Assembly (NCBI RefSeq): GCF_004010195.1
Contig: NC_057712.1
Location: 94,717,591-94,781,590, forward strand
Reading direction: 5' to 3'
DNA length: 64,000 bases
DNA from: Chiloscyllium plagiosum
Lineage: Eukaryota
Shown: positions 12,220 to 25,121 of the stretch, piece after piece
Numbering within the stretch: the first letter of the stretch is position 1
Layout of the letters: each line of letters opens with the position of its first letter
Notes under the pieces: generated by a model
The model's database searches: none
The model's input: the letters and a program-made list of their open reading frames with translations, nothing else
What the model was told of the DNA's origin: nothing
Made by a program: the position numbers and the translations under genes

Positions 12220-13455
12220 GAAGACAATATGCATGGTGGTCATATCGAAGGATGTGCAGGGTCAAATTTGGAATTATAGTGAGAGGTATTGGGTGACTTT
12301 AATGATCTGCATATATAATGGTACAATGGTAGTGTAAAGGACAGAGTGGCAGGAATTCCTGGAGTCTGTTCAAGAAAATGTCCTATTGCAGAGTATTTCT
12401 AGTCTAATGTGAAAGGAGACACCACTAGACCTTTTTTCTCGGAATGATGTGAACTAAATGAAACAAAAGTTAGCAGATGAATATTTAGGGGGGAATGATA
12501 ATTTTCTGTAAATTTTGGTTGACTCTGAAAAATGACAATGAGCAGTCTAGAATAAGAATGATTTACTAGAATAAAGCTAACATCTATCAAGTAAGAATAG
12601 TTCTGACTTAGATAGAATGGAATCAAAGGTTGCAGGAAAAATGGTAGCTGAAAGCAAATATTGTTTAATCACATTGAAGATGTATTCTCTTAAAAGGGAA
12701 AGGTAATGGTAAAACCAGAGTTCCTTCTGTGACAAGAAAGATATAAATTAAAATGAGGAAGAGAAAATATGGTTCTGTTAGATGCCAGGTCAAAAATATA
12801 ATTGAGAAACAGGTTCAATACGGATGTTTCATTGGGTTGTGGGAAAGCAAGGATGAGAAGCAAAGAGAGAGTATGTAAAAAGACTGGCAGCTAATGTAAA
12901 CAGAACCCTAAAGTCTTCCATAGGCATATGGATAGTGAAGGTGCAGTAAAAGTAGGATTAGGGCTAATTAGGGTTTAAAAAGGGGGATTTATACATGGAG
13001 GTAGAAGGCATATACCATTACATTCAGGAGCATAATTGGACCATTTGGCACATCGAGTCTGCTCGATAATGACAAATATTATATTTGAGGTATTAACTGA
13101 TTAAGTTCTCATCTGTATTTATCATGGCATAAGATTTTATCTTGGTACTGAATCAGGAGGTAGTTCATTCAATAGAAGTATTTAAAATGAGTAAGGATAA
13201 GGTATTGATTTGGCTGTCTATTGAATAAGCTTAAAGTGGATAAATTACCAGCTGAGATGCACAGAAGAATAATGAGTGAAATGAGAATTGAAATTGTAGA
13301 GATACTGGCTGTAACTGTTCAGACTTCTTCAGATTAAGGGGTTGTAGCCAGAGGATTGAAATTATATACCCTTGTTCAAAAAATAAGTCCAGCAACTGTC
13401 AGGTTAAGTTTGATGATGAGGATATTCCTAGAAAAAATAATCCAGGATAAATAGT
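12220..13455 (+). mobile_element. Degraded CR1 ORF2 fragment
   Basis: gggtgactttaat (GDFN), aaagactggcagctaatgtaaacagaaccctaaagtcttc, and RT-start-like ccagaggattgaa...cccttgttcaaaaaa. Confidence 0.65.
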
Positions 13456-13489
13456 TATGGTTTGGTTTAACTTTTGAAAACATAGAAAA

Positions 13490-14800
13490 TAGATTGTTTA
13501 TCCTTTTCCAGGTTTCTTGCTTACTCATCAACAGTAATGCTTGGTCTTGCGTTCTGTTTCAGCAATGGAATTTGTACTTTTAACCTTTGGACCATAAGCA
13601 ACTGTGCTTAAGAATTCATTGCTTAAGGGTGCCACTCTATAATTAGACAAGGTTAAATCCAAATTATTATTCATATGCATTAGCATTGCAATAGTTTTCA
13701 CTGCTCTCTTGGCCCCTCCATTTGCTTGTGGATGAAGAGGAGGAGTAACATGATTCCACAGGATTCTGCAAATTGCCTTGATGCATTTGTTCATGAATTA
13801 TGGATCATTATCTGAAACAATTTCATCTGGATGGTAGTGCATTGAAAATATGTTCTTTAATGTCGTTTTATGTTGTCAGCTGTTGTAATATGTTGTCTGG
13901 TAGCTTCTAGCCATTTTAAATTCTTTGTAACTAATTATTCTTTTCATTTAAAATTCTGTCTGAGTTTGGCTATTAAGTGACAAGAATAGCAGCTTAAGAT
14001 GAAGTCTTTAATTACTTTGGAAATTCCTGACCATAACACAGATCTACAGTTCACGATTACAAAAAACCCACCAGAGATTCTGTGAAGAATTTCCTCCCTC
14101 AATGCCTTTGCAGTTACTCATCTATTGTTAAATACAAAAAGATTGTCTAATATTGTCTGATGTTTTCTCCACTCATAGTACTTTCTTAAGAGTCAACCAT
14201 TTGGATTATACCTTGACCAAACTTCTTGGCAAAATTTCCTAATTAATATCATTCATTTCTTTTGTGCTTTCCTGATCTCTTGTAATTTTTTTTTTCCAGT
14301 CAGAAACTGTTAAGAGTTTTGTCATGACCAGTGAAAATGTTTTCACTTATGAAGTTTTTCCAGCAATTTCTGTTCTTAGATTCTGAATTCCAGCATCTGG
14401 AGTCCTTTCATTTTTTAAATTAAATCTTATCTTTCTGCCCAATCAACTATTGCTCTACATAATATGTCTGCTGTGATATAGTATTGGGTAGTACTTGCAC
14501 AAACTGTGGCAATTCTTGGTGGAATTCAGTTCCATAATCCGAGTGTAGCATTTCATTTTCTACTCCCAGAAGACCCCATTGCAAACATGCATTTCTTTGG
14601 GTAACGACGTTATCTGATTGCCTAAAATGTGGAGGGCGTCATTAATCTGTCACTACTTGTGTCTAAGTGTGTGAGTGATCTGAGTTTTTTACCCAAAGAT
14701 CTATGCCACCTGCTTTTTTTGATGTCTGCTATACTGTTTTCAGCCATTCCAATGGAGCACCTGCTCTGGTGTCAAGTTTGCATTCTGTTTTCAAACCTGC
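13490..14800 (-). mobile_element. Gypsy/Ty3 pol relic (protease and integrase remnants)
   Basis: Integrase LHPQANGGAKRAVKTI (cf. HPQSNGEAERAVRT) in ORF 13528-13794; protease-like CKLDTRAG at ~14760-14785. Confidence 0.7.
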
Positions 14801-15568
14801 TATGACTGAAATGGGAGGAGTACACTGTTGCTCTCGTCCCATGACTCCATGTGTTGCAATATAAAGTAAAAATATTATCCTCTATTTCAGCAATGGACAA
14901 TCATTTACATCCTTATATTAGACTTAGAATATACTGGTTTAATAAACACAAAATTATCTATTTATTGTAAAATAAACCTCATTCAATACAGATATAGAAT
15001 CAATTAAGACAGACAATTCATAATATGATAATATAAATGTTTCTTCATTAAAATAACTTAAAACACGCGTGCACACTTTCAGGAAGGGGCAAAGAAAGAA
15101 TTTCTCCTTTAGAGATTCATTTTAAAGTAAAGATTTTCTTGCCAATTGTGGTTATTCTTGAAGACAAACAAAAGGGAAAAATATAAAATTTTCTGAAGTG
15201 TGTCAACCTGGGGTTTTTGCACCATTGGTCAAGTCACCATTCATGCACAGTTTTATCTGGACTCTTGGCAGACACAGCTTACTCAGAAAATGCAATATGG
15301 AGAAATTCTTTCAGTCACTCTTCCAGAAGAACAATTAGGTTTCACCCTGATCTCACAACATTGATATTTCAGAGCTGTGAGACGCGGCCTGTGCAGCTTA
15401 TTCTGTTACAGGCCTTTCCCAATTAAATATCCAAACACATATTCCAACCCTGAAAAACAGTGTCCAAAGAAAGGCTATGAAATTCATTATAAAACTGTCA
15501 GGTGTTTTCCCTGAAGTGGTATCAAGCAACCAAGACCAGCAATTATCCAGGTCAATGCGGTTTCCAAA

Positions 15569-16245
15569 ACAGAGACCTGTATTTAAAACCACCCAGAAAA
15601 CTTCTGATTGTTCAGCAGAACTTCAAAGAATATCACTGCAGGAAGAACCCTATGTTAGGAGGCATGGTAAAGACTTTAAGCAGAGTTTCAGCCTGGCCAG
15701 CTGCCTTATCTGAAATAAAAATTCCACTGTGTCTTTTCATTGACCTTTTTAAACATCTAGTCATTTCCACAATCCTTCAAAATAAATTTGAAAAATTATT
15801 AATGAAGCAGCTTCATAACAAGTCTTTGATTTCTAAAGTAATGTACAAAAGGTTTTTTCTTCTCTTTATAACCTTCCCAAGACAATGGCATTTTCATTTG
15901 TTGTGTAAGGCTGAAGATAACAGGAACTGATAAGAGGCCTGACAATCGGCTGTTATGTGAGTGGAATTATGATGAGTCATTTAGGTCTGCTAAGAGTTAA
16001 AACTGCAGGAATTCAGTAACTGCTGTTCTGCCAAAAAAGGCACATACTTGGCCAAAACATTTAGGATTGGTTGCATGCACAGATAATGCCAAATAAGGCA
16101 TACTTGGCACAGAGACCTGTATTTAAAACCACCCAGAAAACTTCTGATTGTTCAGCAGAACTTCAAAGAATAACACTGCAGGAAGAACCCTACGTTAGGA
16201 GGCATGGTAAAGACTTTAAGTAGAGTTTCAGCCTGGCCAGCTGCC
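15569..16245. repeat. 137-bp direct duplication (15569-15705 / 16109-16245)
   Basis: Copies are offset by exactly 540 bp, with 3 substitutions and no indels. Confidence 0.95.
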
Positions 16246-16889
16246 AACTCTCCCAAATAATGACATTTGGGGTTCGTTGCAATAACCAGGGTAGTGAAAG
16301 ACAGTGATTAGGATATATCTACAGTTAAATGTGTATTATTTGTTTAAGTACTTAATAAATTAATTATGTTTTAAAGACTGTCTCTGTTATATCTTCATCT
16401 GTGCGTTTCAAAGACTGGCAACACATTTCTTTGATCAATTGCAAATTGCTGAATTTTTTTGCTTTACAGTGTCATCTTCTTCCTTTATTCCTTTGCTTGT
16501 AGTAGGTTAGCAGAACAGTTTGAAGTATATTACCTTTCTGCATTGGAAATACTTTATCCTCCCCATTGCACTGTCTTGTCTTCTGTGTTATTTCTTAGAT
16601 TCCCACTCTTTAGGACTTGCAGTCTCCTTTTGTTCATGATGATGATCATCCACATTTTCCTGGAAACTAGTCCTACATGGAGGAGCACCCTGCAATGTGT
16701 CAGGCTCACTACCTAAAAAGCAAAAACTCTTCTCATGGTTCCAGAAATTATGTCAACCAATCTCAGATCAACCCTGAGTTCAAAACTACTTTTCATTTCA
16801 GATCACTGATAGAGGCTGGAAAGGCATTGAGAGGGTGGAGGAGTAAGGGCAGCTGCTGCCATGGGAAGAAGACTCAGTAAGTCATGATC

Positions 16890-17870
16890 ATCGGTTGTGA
16901 TGAATGGTGTCATCAACAGTGTCATTAAGCAGCATCTACTCAGCAACAACCTGCTCACTCATTCACTGACACCCGTTTTGGGTTCCACCATGGCCGCTCA
17001 GCTCCTGACCTCATTACAGCCTTGGTCAAAGCATGGACAAAAGAGTAGAACTCCAGGGATGAGGTGAGAGAGACAGCCTTTGGCATCAAGGCCACATTTG
17101 ACTAAGTGTAGCATGAATAGCCTCAGATAAACTAGAGTCAATTGGAATGGTGGGCTTGGAGGGGGTGGGGAGGAAGGGGGGTGGTGGGGGCAAATTCTCT
17201 GCTGGTTGGAGTCATAGCTGGCACAGAGGAAGATGGATATGGTGATTGGAAGTCAGTCATCTCAGCTCCATATGTGTAGGTGTTCCTCTGGGTAACATCC
17301 TCAGCCCAACCATCGATAGCTGCTTCATCAATGACTTTCCCTCCATCATAAAGTCATAATTGGGGATATTTGCTGATGATTGCACAATGCTCAGCATTAG
17401 TCATGACCCCTCAGATACTGAAGTAGTCCATGTCCAAAAGTGGGAAAACCTTAACAATATTTAGGCTTGAGCTGACAAATGACAAATAACATTTACACCA
17501 CACAAGTGCCAGGCAATGACCAACTCCAACAAGAGAGAATGTAATCTATCACTCTTTGACATTCAATAGCATTACCCTCATTGAATCCCCTACTGTCAAG
17601 ATCCGGGGTTGTCCATAAAGTGAACTACACTAGGCACATAAATATATCAGCTACAGGAGCAAGTCAGAGGCTAGGAATGCTGCAGGAATTAACTCACTTC
17701 CTGACTCCCTAAAGCCTGTTCACCACCTGCAAGGCACTAGCCAGGAATGTGATGAAATACCCCGTGCTCGCCTGGATGACTCCAGCTCCAACAACGCTCA
17801 AGAAGCTGGACACCATCCAGGATAAAGCAGCCCGCTTGAGTGGCACCACATCCACCACCATTCACTGTCC
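16890..17870 (+). mobile_element. Jockey-group (CR1/L2-like) LINE RT fragment
   Basis: LLSNNLL, SAPDLITALV, IFADDCT, AWMTPAPTTLKKLDTIQDKAARL. Same family as 53530-54328. Confidence 0.8.
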
Positions 17871-17874
17871 TCAC

Positions 17875-18420
17875 CTCTGGGAGGTTGGAATGGAGAGACC
17901 AAGTGAGAAGAAAATGTTGTATGCAATAGTGAGAGTGGGAGAGCATGGGCCTTGGTGGGAGGTGTGTGAAACAACAGAGAGAGAGTGAGTGTGTGGTAGT
18001 GGGGAGAAGAGTGTGGCACTTATCCTGGTGCAGTTGGAGAGAGTAATTGACCTTCCTCTGCCACTGCACTGAGGAAATGGCACTGAGCCAGCTGGCAACT
18101 TGTACCAGTCTACCAGGCTCTGGTGTTGTGGCCTCATCTTTTAGTTCTCCAGGAGTAAAATGTTCCTCCTCTGCACTACACTGTTCACCGAGTCCTTCAG
18201 ATCCCTGTCAAAAAGAAAACAATCACATTCAATTTTCCTCTTTTAAGAAATGTTTAGATTACACTGTTGACCGAGAAGGGCAGTTTCAGAATGTCAGTGC
18301 TCATCCGGAGGCACAGCTATCTTTTAAAGATAGTGCCAGCACAAGGAATGCCTATTCCTTGGAGGATATTTGCTATGTAGTGAGTTGTTCCAAGATTAGC
18401 GTGTGATAAAATGTGGTCTG
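17875..18420 (-). mobile_element. PIF/Harbinger Myb/SANT relic
   Basis: Minus VQVASWLSAISSVQWQRKVN resembles the W..VA..VSA....QCRKK.NDL helix. The GT/GA-rich intron-like tract matches the other two relics. Confidence 0.45.
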
Positions 18421-18529
18421 GATTGGATGTCAGGGATGCCATGGGGGCAGGGTAGGTAGTTCATGCAGTGAGTTTGGTAAGATATGGCAAAAAAAGGTAT
18501 TGCGATGGAAATGTCTGCACTGCCACAGA

Positions 18530-19105
18530 CTAACAACCCCATGAGATAAACCATTTCGCCTTATTCCCATTTTAAAAAGGGAACCTTTTATTCTTACATT
18601 GTGTCCACTGGTTCTAGCTGCCATCCCCTACAGGAATGCATCCCCCTATATCCACCCTATCAAATCAAATCCTTCCACGATCATGTGTGTTTCAATACTA
18701 CCTCAATCTTTCTAAACTCCAATGTTAAACCTGCTCTTGTTTCTTTTTAAGATGAGCCATTCACTAACTTGAATGAATCTTCTCTGAACTGCGTCTAATG
18801 TAACTATATCCTTTTTTAAATAAGGAGACCAAAGCTGTACACAGTTCTCCAGGCATGGTCTCACCAAGCTGTACAGCTGCAGTAAAACTTCTCAACTTTA
18901 TATTCCTTTCCCCTTGCAATAAACTCCAAAATTCAATTTACTATCCTAATCACTTGCTCTACCTGTAACCTAACATTTTGTGATTTATGTACCAGGGTAC
19001 TCAGACCTCTCAGGATTCTGCAGTCTCTCCCTTTTTAAATAGTATATTGTTTTTCTTATCTTCCTGCCAAAGTGGATACGTTCATTCTTTGTCATATTTT
19101 TCTCC
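18530..19105 (-). mobile_element. CR1 3' fragment
   Basis: Minus GHNVRIKGSLFKMGIRRN; ggagaccaaagctgtacacagttctccagg (HLEYCVQFW-like). Confidence 0.75.
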
Positions 19106-19118
19106 AGAAAATGTATCT

Positions 19119-20174
19119 TGTAGTGATTATAATGTGGTCAGGCAGGTAGATTTGTAGAATATGAATTCCCTGATTCGGGCAGTTAATCTGGTCCATCAAG
19201 GAGGCCTGACTGACAGATTTAAACAGGGCTGTCAGAGATTCTGTTCAGTCTGAGAGCTGGCTCTGAGGGAGCTGGATCACTGTCAAGGATTCTCCACTTG
19301 AAAATAAAGGGTGACCTGGTGATGGGATACCTGCCTCAGTGGAATTGTTTCAGTGGCAATGAGAGGAAACAAGGTCCTGAAGAAATTCGTTCTCAACAGC
19401 TGTATAAGGAACACCAATGCCAGACACAAGACTCCACCAAGCGAAAGAGACAATTTACTTCAGGGGATGAAGTTTGGTGCAGCAAACATGGAATGGCCCC
19501 ACATGGGTAACAGACATGACCAACGCAAAGTCAGGACTAGTGCCGTGTCCAGTTCAGGTAGGTGCAGTGGTACTGAACAAGCACTTGGACCATATGAAAG
19601 CTGCAAACTCGCAAATGATGCGGGAGCAAAACATGCTCGGCTACTTGACAGCCTTTCCAACTGTTCTGGGACCCTCTCTGTTAGGCGTTGAAGAAACCTC
19701 AGAATCTGAGATGGACACGGTGGTTGTCACTGCCTTGATGCCTTTTCAACCTGAAGATGGGAATGAATTTTTTCTGAGATACTCCAGGCACAAGAAGCAA
19801 GCTACTGTGTGTTACATGTCGCACGTATCCAAGGCAGAGTCAGGTGAACGTCATCTAATGCTAAAACATCCAGGAGGAGCTACAAAAAAAAGCCTCCGAC
19901 TCAGAGGGGGAGGGATGTAGTGATTGTACCAAGCTCAGCCAAGTGAACCTCATAGAGTATGAGTTCCCTCATTGGGGCTGTTAATTTGGTCCAATCATGG
20001 AGCCCTCGCTGACAGATATAAACAGGAATGTCAGAGGTTCTGTTCATACTGAGAGCTGGCTCTAAGTATTAAGGATCTAAGTATTAAGGCTCTAAGGATT
20101 AGTGTCGAGGACTCTTCATGTGTAAATAAATGGTAACTTGATGATGAGATGCTGACTTCTGTGGAGTTATTTCA
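19119..20174 (+). mobile_element. Small non-autonomous Gypsy-derived LTR element (TRIM-like)
   Basis: 5' LTR 19119-19352 and 3' LTR 19916-20174, both TG..CA. PBS-like gtggcaatgag at 19353, PPT agagggggaggga before the 3' LTR, and a 563-bp interior retaining an integrase C-terminal remnant (FTSGDEVW / GPTW / VQVGAVVLNKHLDHM). Confidence 0.88.
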
Positions 20175-22052
20175 GAGGGAATCTGACTATTATCTGAAAA
20201 GGAACAATTTACTGGAATACAAGGAGAGGGCAGGAGAATGACACTCAGGAAATTGTTCATTCAGAGCTCAGCTGCCTCCTACTGCACCCTGTATCAAATC
20301 TGTGATCCTGAGCAGACAGCCTGATACTTCAAGGACTTTGATGTTGAAGTGCATCATATTCTATAATGTCCGCTATGATGAGTGAATAAATAGAAAGCTG
20401 CCTGTATTAAGCAGTGTTTTCCACAATGTTAAAGTAATTACCAGATGTCCAAACATGGCTCTGCAAGCAAGCTTTATCCATAATCATACTTCTCTGTTCT
20501 ATGAGAACAGAACTTCCACAACTTCCCAATATGCCCTGGGCAGGCAAGTTGTCCTGCCTATGTAATGTACTCAGAAAATGAAGGTACCTAAATGTGTCTT
20601 GGCCACGTGCACAATGATAGCAATACTGAAATGCAGCAGGGGGTTTTCCCAGTCTACCATTTGTAAGTCTGGCAGGAGAAACAACATAAACAGCTGTTGT
20701 AGCTTCAATGTAATTTAAGATTAAAACCTTCTCAGGTGCTTTAAACTACAGTTACTATCCTGCAAGAAAGGAGTACATTTAGCATTCACTTAGCAGATAT
20801 TGTATCTTGCACTCTACCCAATTAGAAGTGCAGAAAGGTTAAGTTCAAGGCATGCTTTTCAAAAAAATGTATGTTCGATGTTCCAGACTTTTGCTGTCTG
20901 ACTCTCTGATGTTTCAACTTCACAGGGATCACACTAATTGACTATTTAATGTTATTATTTAAAATTTCCATTTATCAGGTGCATGTGACAAAGTAGGATG
21001 AAGTTTTAAAAATTCCATTTGCCAAACGTTATACATGATCTTTGTACACAATTTCCATTCATCATGGGATTTACATTTCAGCTATGTTTAGTTTCAGAGC
21101 TTCAGTACCAGCCGACTGATACATAGGCTTTTAATGATACAGGTTAGCGCAGTGTGAAAGGTTCAAATGCCCATGGCAACCTTATTGTTCCCAAATCTTC
21201 TTTGCTCTTTAAAAAGATGTCGCTGCACTGAACATAAATCTCTGCTAACTTTGAGACTTCCTGGAAATAAACCTCTAGCCTTTCAGCCTTGTTGCAGCTT
21301 GGCGATTGTTCAAAAACATTTGGCAAATTAATTTATCCAACACTAGCCAAAAATAACCTTAAACCCAGCGTCTCTGTTGATTTGTTGTTTGATGTGTTCT
21401 GAACTGAAAAGTCCATTACTAAATTATAAACTTTAGAAAAAATAAGGCTTGTTTTTCTTTACTGTTCTCGGTGGTGATAATAAAGTACAGTATCTGCTGT
21501 TTGATGCCAAGTCAAACAGTTTCGTTTGCTTCATTTATTATATCTTATGGAGTATCTGAAAGCTGAGGGGTGGAATATCTCCTGTTCCAACTCTGAATAA
21601 TATATTGTTATCGCGATAAACTTTTGCTTTCTGCAGCACTAATAACGGTATCTATTAATCACAGAACTATGATGGGCACGACACTGTCTGTCTCTGAAAG
21701 AATGCAGTCTCACTTTGAAGTGAGTTATTTCTGATTCAATGTACACCCACCATCATCATTATTTTCACTGCAACTACCAGTGCAGTTTAGAATAACACAA
21801 GTTTATCTAAGGGGTGCTGTGATATTTATAAAACTTGGTTGAGGTTCACAGACTGACTTAGTTAAAGCTATTTTAAGGAAGGCTAGCTGCCTTCATGGTT
21901 CAAATTGGCAAACCTCATGAGTTGAAGGTAGAGTGGGGAAGCTGACACTGACTGTAACTGTGCTGGAAGTGGTATGCAAGCCTGTTTGAAGAACTGGCTC
22001 TCTCTCTTATGTTCTTGCTACTGAAGAAAGCCATAGATTTAGACAACACCCT

Positions 22053-22143
22053 TTTTAGATTAGATTTTAGATTAGATTACTTACAGTGTGGAAACAGGCC
22101 CTTCGGCCCAACAAGTCCACACCGGCCCGCCGAAGCGCAACCC
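22053..22143 (-). mobile_element. 5'-truncated HE1 SINE tail with 40-bp TSD
   Basis: (tagat)n-tacttacagtgtggaaacaggcccttcggcccaacaagtccacacc, flanked by an identical 40-mer at 22013-22052 and 22144-22183. Confidence 0.92.
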
Positions 22144-22829
22144 TCTTGCTACTGAAGAAAGCCATAGATTTAGACAACACCCTGTGGAACAGGCAACTAT
22201 ATATAATGCAGCCTTCCTAATACAATATTCATCAATAGTTGCCCTTATGAATTTTTACACCAAAGCCCGATTTCAGGTGGATAGTAATTGTCCTGCAATC
22301 CAGCTTATAAAGAGTGTGTTTTTTTTAAAATAGATAAATTTTTCTGTAAATTGAAATTAAATTATTTTGCTGAACTGTCTTCACAGACCCAGTTTCTCAC
22401 TTTTGCATTCCGAGAGTGGAGTCTTGCCTGCTATGAGTAAACATTCTGTTCTTTTACCCTGATGTACTTATAGAAGGTATGATTTGTCTGGTTAGCGTGC
22501 TTTTCACTGTATCTCATTTCATTTGACAATAATAAATCTGAAAATCACATGAGATAAGATCCCTTCTGCACCCTTCATAAATTGACCTGATACAGTAAAA
22601 TATCAATGTAGTTACTAAATTTACACAGTGTAAGATTTATTCCTGGGGTCTAACCAGAAACCTCCTTTTACTGATATAGTTAATTAGGATACAAATGCAA
22701 TTTATGGTTGCACTAGATTATTGTAATTAAATAAGCTTACTGTCACATCTTAAGTAGGTTAAAACCAGCAGTGGAGTGAAGGTGATATACAGAGAGTGGG
22801 TGGGATAGGCTGACTACTGGAGTGTCACA

Positions 22830-23230
22830 AGTACACAAAAAAAGTATGGTCCATCAGGCCTACTCCTTCAGTCAATATGTTCTTGCACTTCACATCCACT
22901 TTCCCATCCATGTCCTCAAATCTCTCGATTCCCCGACAGAGTGAAATTCTGTGTATCTCAGCTTTAAATATATTCAATGTTGAAGAATCCACAACCACCC
23001 GGAGTCAAGAATTCCAAGACTTACAACCTCTTGAGTAAAGAAATTTCTTCTAATCTTAAGCATAAATCATTGTCCCCTTAACCTGAGACAATGGTCCATG
23101 TTTTAGATTTGTCAGCCAGAACAAACAATCTCTCAGCGTCGACTCTGTGGAATTCTTTCATTTTCTATTTTGTTTCAATTAAATCATCCCTTCTTCCTCC
23201 AAGCTCTATAGAATTTAGGCCCAATTGTCT
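22830..23230 (-). mobile_element. CR1 3' end fragment
   Basis: tcagctttaaatatattcaatg, gaattccaagacttacaacctcttgagtaaagaaatttcttc: reverse complement of the CR1 ORF2 C-terminus. Confidence 0.7.
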
Positions 23231-24690
23231 TTGTAATTGAATGTAAACTCGTTATACTATTTATCTTTTCTTACACATAACCAATTTCTCATAAAGGTCA
23301 TTTTTGAAGTAAAACAGAAGCTGTGCTCTAAGTTATTTTTCACAAAGACATTGCAATTTTTAAAATTCTTAAAATATCTAATATTTTACATCTAAATACT
23401 TAGTATATTGTTTTAATTTAGATCAAGTTGCAGAACTTGTTCTTAATTGGGATGAGGTAAAGATGTTAGAGGTTGGTCAGTTTTCAGATGTAGTCTACAG
23501 AAATCACAGTCCAAGCATAACATACCATTTCCTGGAAAATAAGTTTATCAAGATTCGGCTGTGCAACAGACGCAACTGCGGTATTTGAACTACTGGCCAA
23601 AGGACGGTGCTGCAAGTATATTGCACACAGGACGCCATGTGCTTCTTTACAAACCCTGGGGAACATAGCTGATCAAGAACATCAAGATGAAATCTATGCA
23701 CGAACTTAGGAAAGCTCATATTGTCATGAACATTAAATGAAATAACCCATTGAATTAAAGAATGATACAGCACAGAGTGAAGCTATTCAGCTCCATCATG
23801 GCTCTGCCAAAGCCTCAAAAGTAATTACGTAATTCATCTCAATCCTCTCAAGTAAATCGAGAATAATTGTCCGGAATGCCATACCCAAATAGGTACTGAA
23901 AGTGTTGGATAGTTGAGACAAGGACAGAAGTTGTTGCAAGTACAGATCAATCCATATCTGACAAATGGGAAAATGTGTTTGTATTTCAGCCTCAATCAAC
24001 TTGTCAGAATTACTGTGGGAATAGCAAGTGTTAATTGGAGGCTGAGAAATTCTTCCCTGATGCACCCAGCCAAGAGATGTGAACTGCAGAGATCTGAAGG
24101 CACATTGACACCACAAGTTCATGAAATTCCCTATCAGTTCAGACACCTTTTCACTGTCACAGATATTTTTAAAACTTTACTCATGGGATATGAGAGTCCC
24201 TTTGAGAAGGTGGTGTTGAGTAGAGGAAAGGTGAACAGTTACTGAGGGACTTGATCAGGAGGATATTTGAGGGGATATTTTCCCCTTGTGGGAATCTAAT
24301 TTATTGGAGATTTTTGAAGAAGTAAAATGTGCTGTAGATAATGGGAACCCAGTGGATGTATTGTACTTAGACTTCCAGAAACCATTTGATAAAATGCCAC
24401 ATTAGTGTGGAATATAATATATTAACTTGGATAGAAGATTGGCTGACTAACAGGAATCAAAGAATAAGAATATGTGCATCTTTTCAAGCCTGAAAGGATG
24501 TCACATGTGGGTCTGCCACAGGGGCCAGCGCTGGGGCCTCAACTCTTTACAATTTAGATAAATGATTTGGATGAAGGGACTGAAGGTATGGAAGCTAAAT
24601 TTATTGATGACACAAAGATTGGTAGGAAAGTGAGTTGTGAAGAGAACATAAGGAGCATGCAAAGGGGTAGGATAAGTTGAGTAGGAAAGA

Positions 24691-25121
24691 TGTTTAGAAT
24701 ATATTTAGAATATAGCATCCTTACAGTGTGAAACAGGCCCTTTGGCCCAATAAGTCCACACAGACCCTGCGAAGAGTAACCCACCAGACCCATTCCCCTA
24801 CCTTACATTTACCCCGGACCAATGCACCTAACCTACACATCCCTGAACACAATGGGCAATTTAGCATGGCCAATTCACCTAACCTGCACATCCTGGTAAA
24901 TCTCTTCTGAACCATCTTGATATTATCCTCCCTATAACTGGGGCAATCCGAATCGGACCCAAGGTTCCAGAAGAGGCCTCACCTTATTTTTCACAAGGAC
25001 TTTACAATTTTTAAAATACTTAAAATATTTAATATTTTGCATCTAAATACTTAGTATATAGTTTTAATTTAGATCAAGTTGCAGAACCTGTTCTTAATTG
25101 GGGTTAGGTAAAGATGTTAGA
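24691..25121 (-). mobile_element. Composite insertion: HE1 3' half + locally copied CR1 piece + locally copied unique DNA
   Basis: HE1 tail to ~24890; 24888-24983 copies 26104-26198; 24984-25121 copies 23333-23470. Confidence 0.85.

Noticed and set aside
15477-15930. Overlapping 78- and 142-aa ORFs
   Set aside because: No recognisable domain, and they overlap a local duplication in TE-derived DNA.
23488-23600. Acceptor-like ttttcag followed by a short open frame
   Set aside because: All frames stop within about 35 codons and no homology was recognised.
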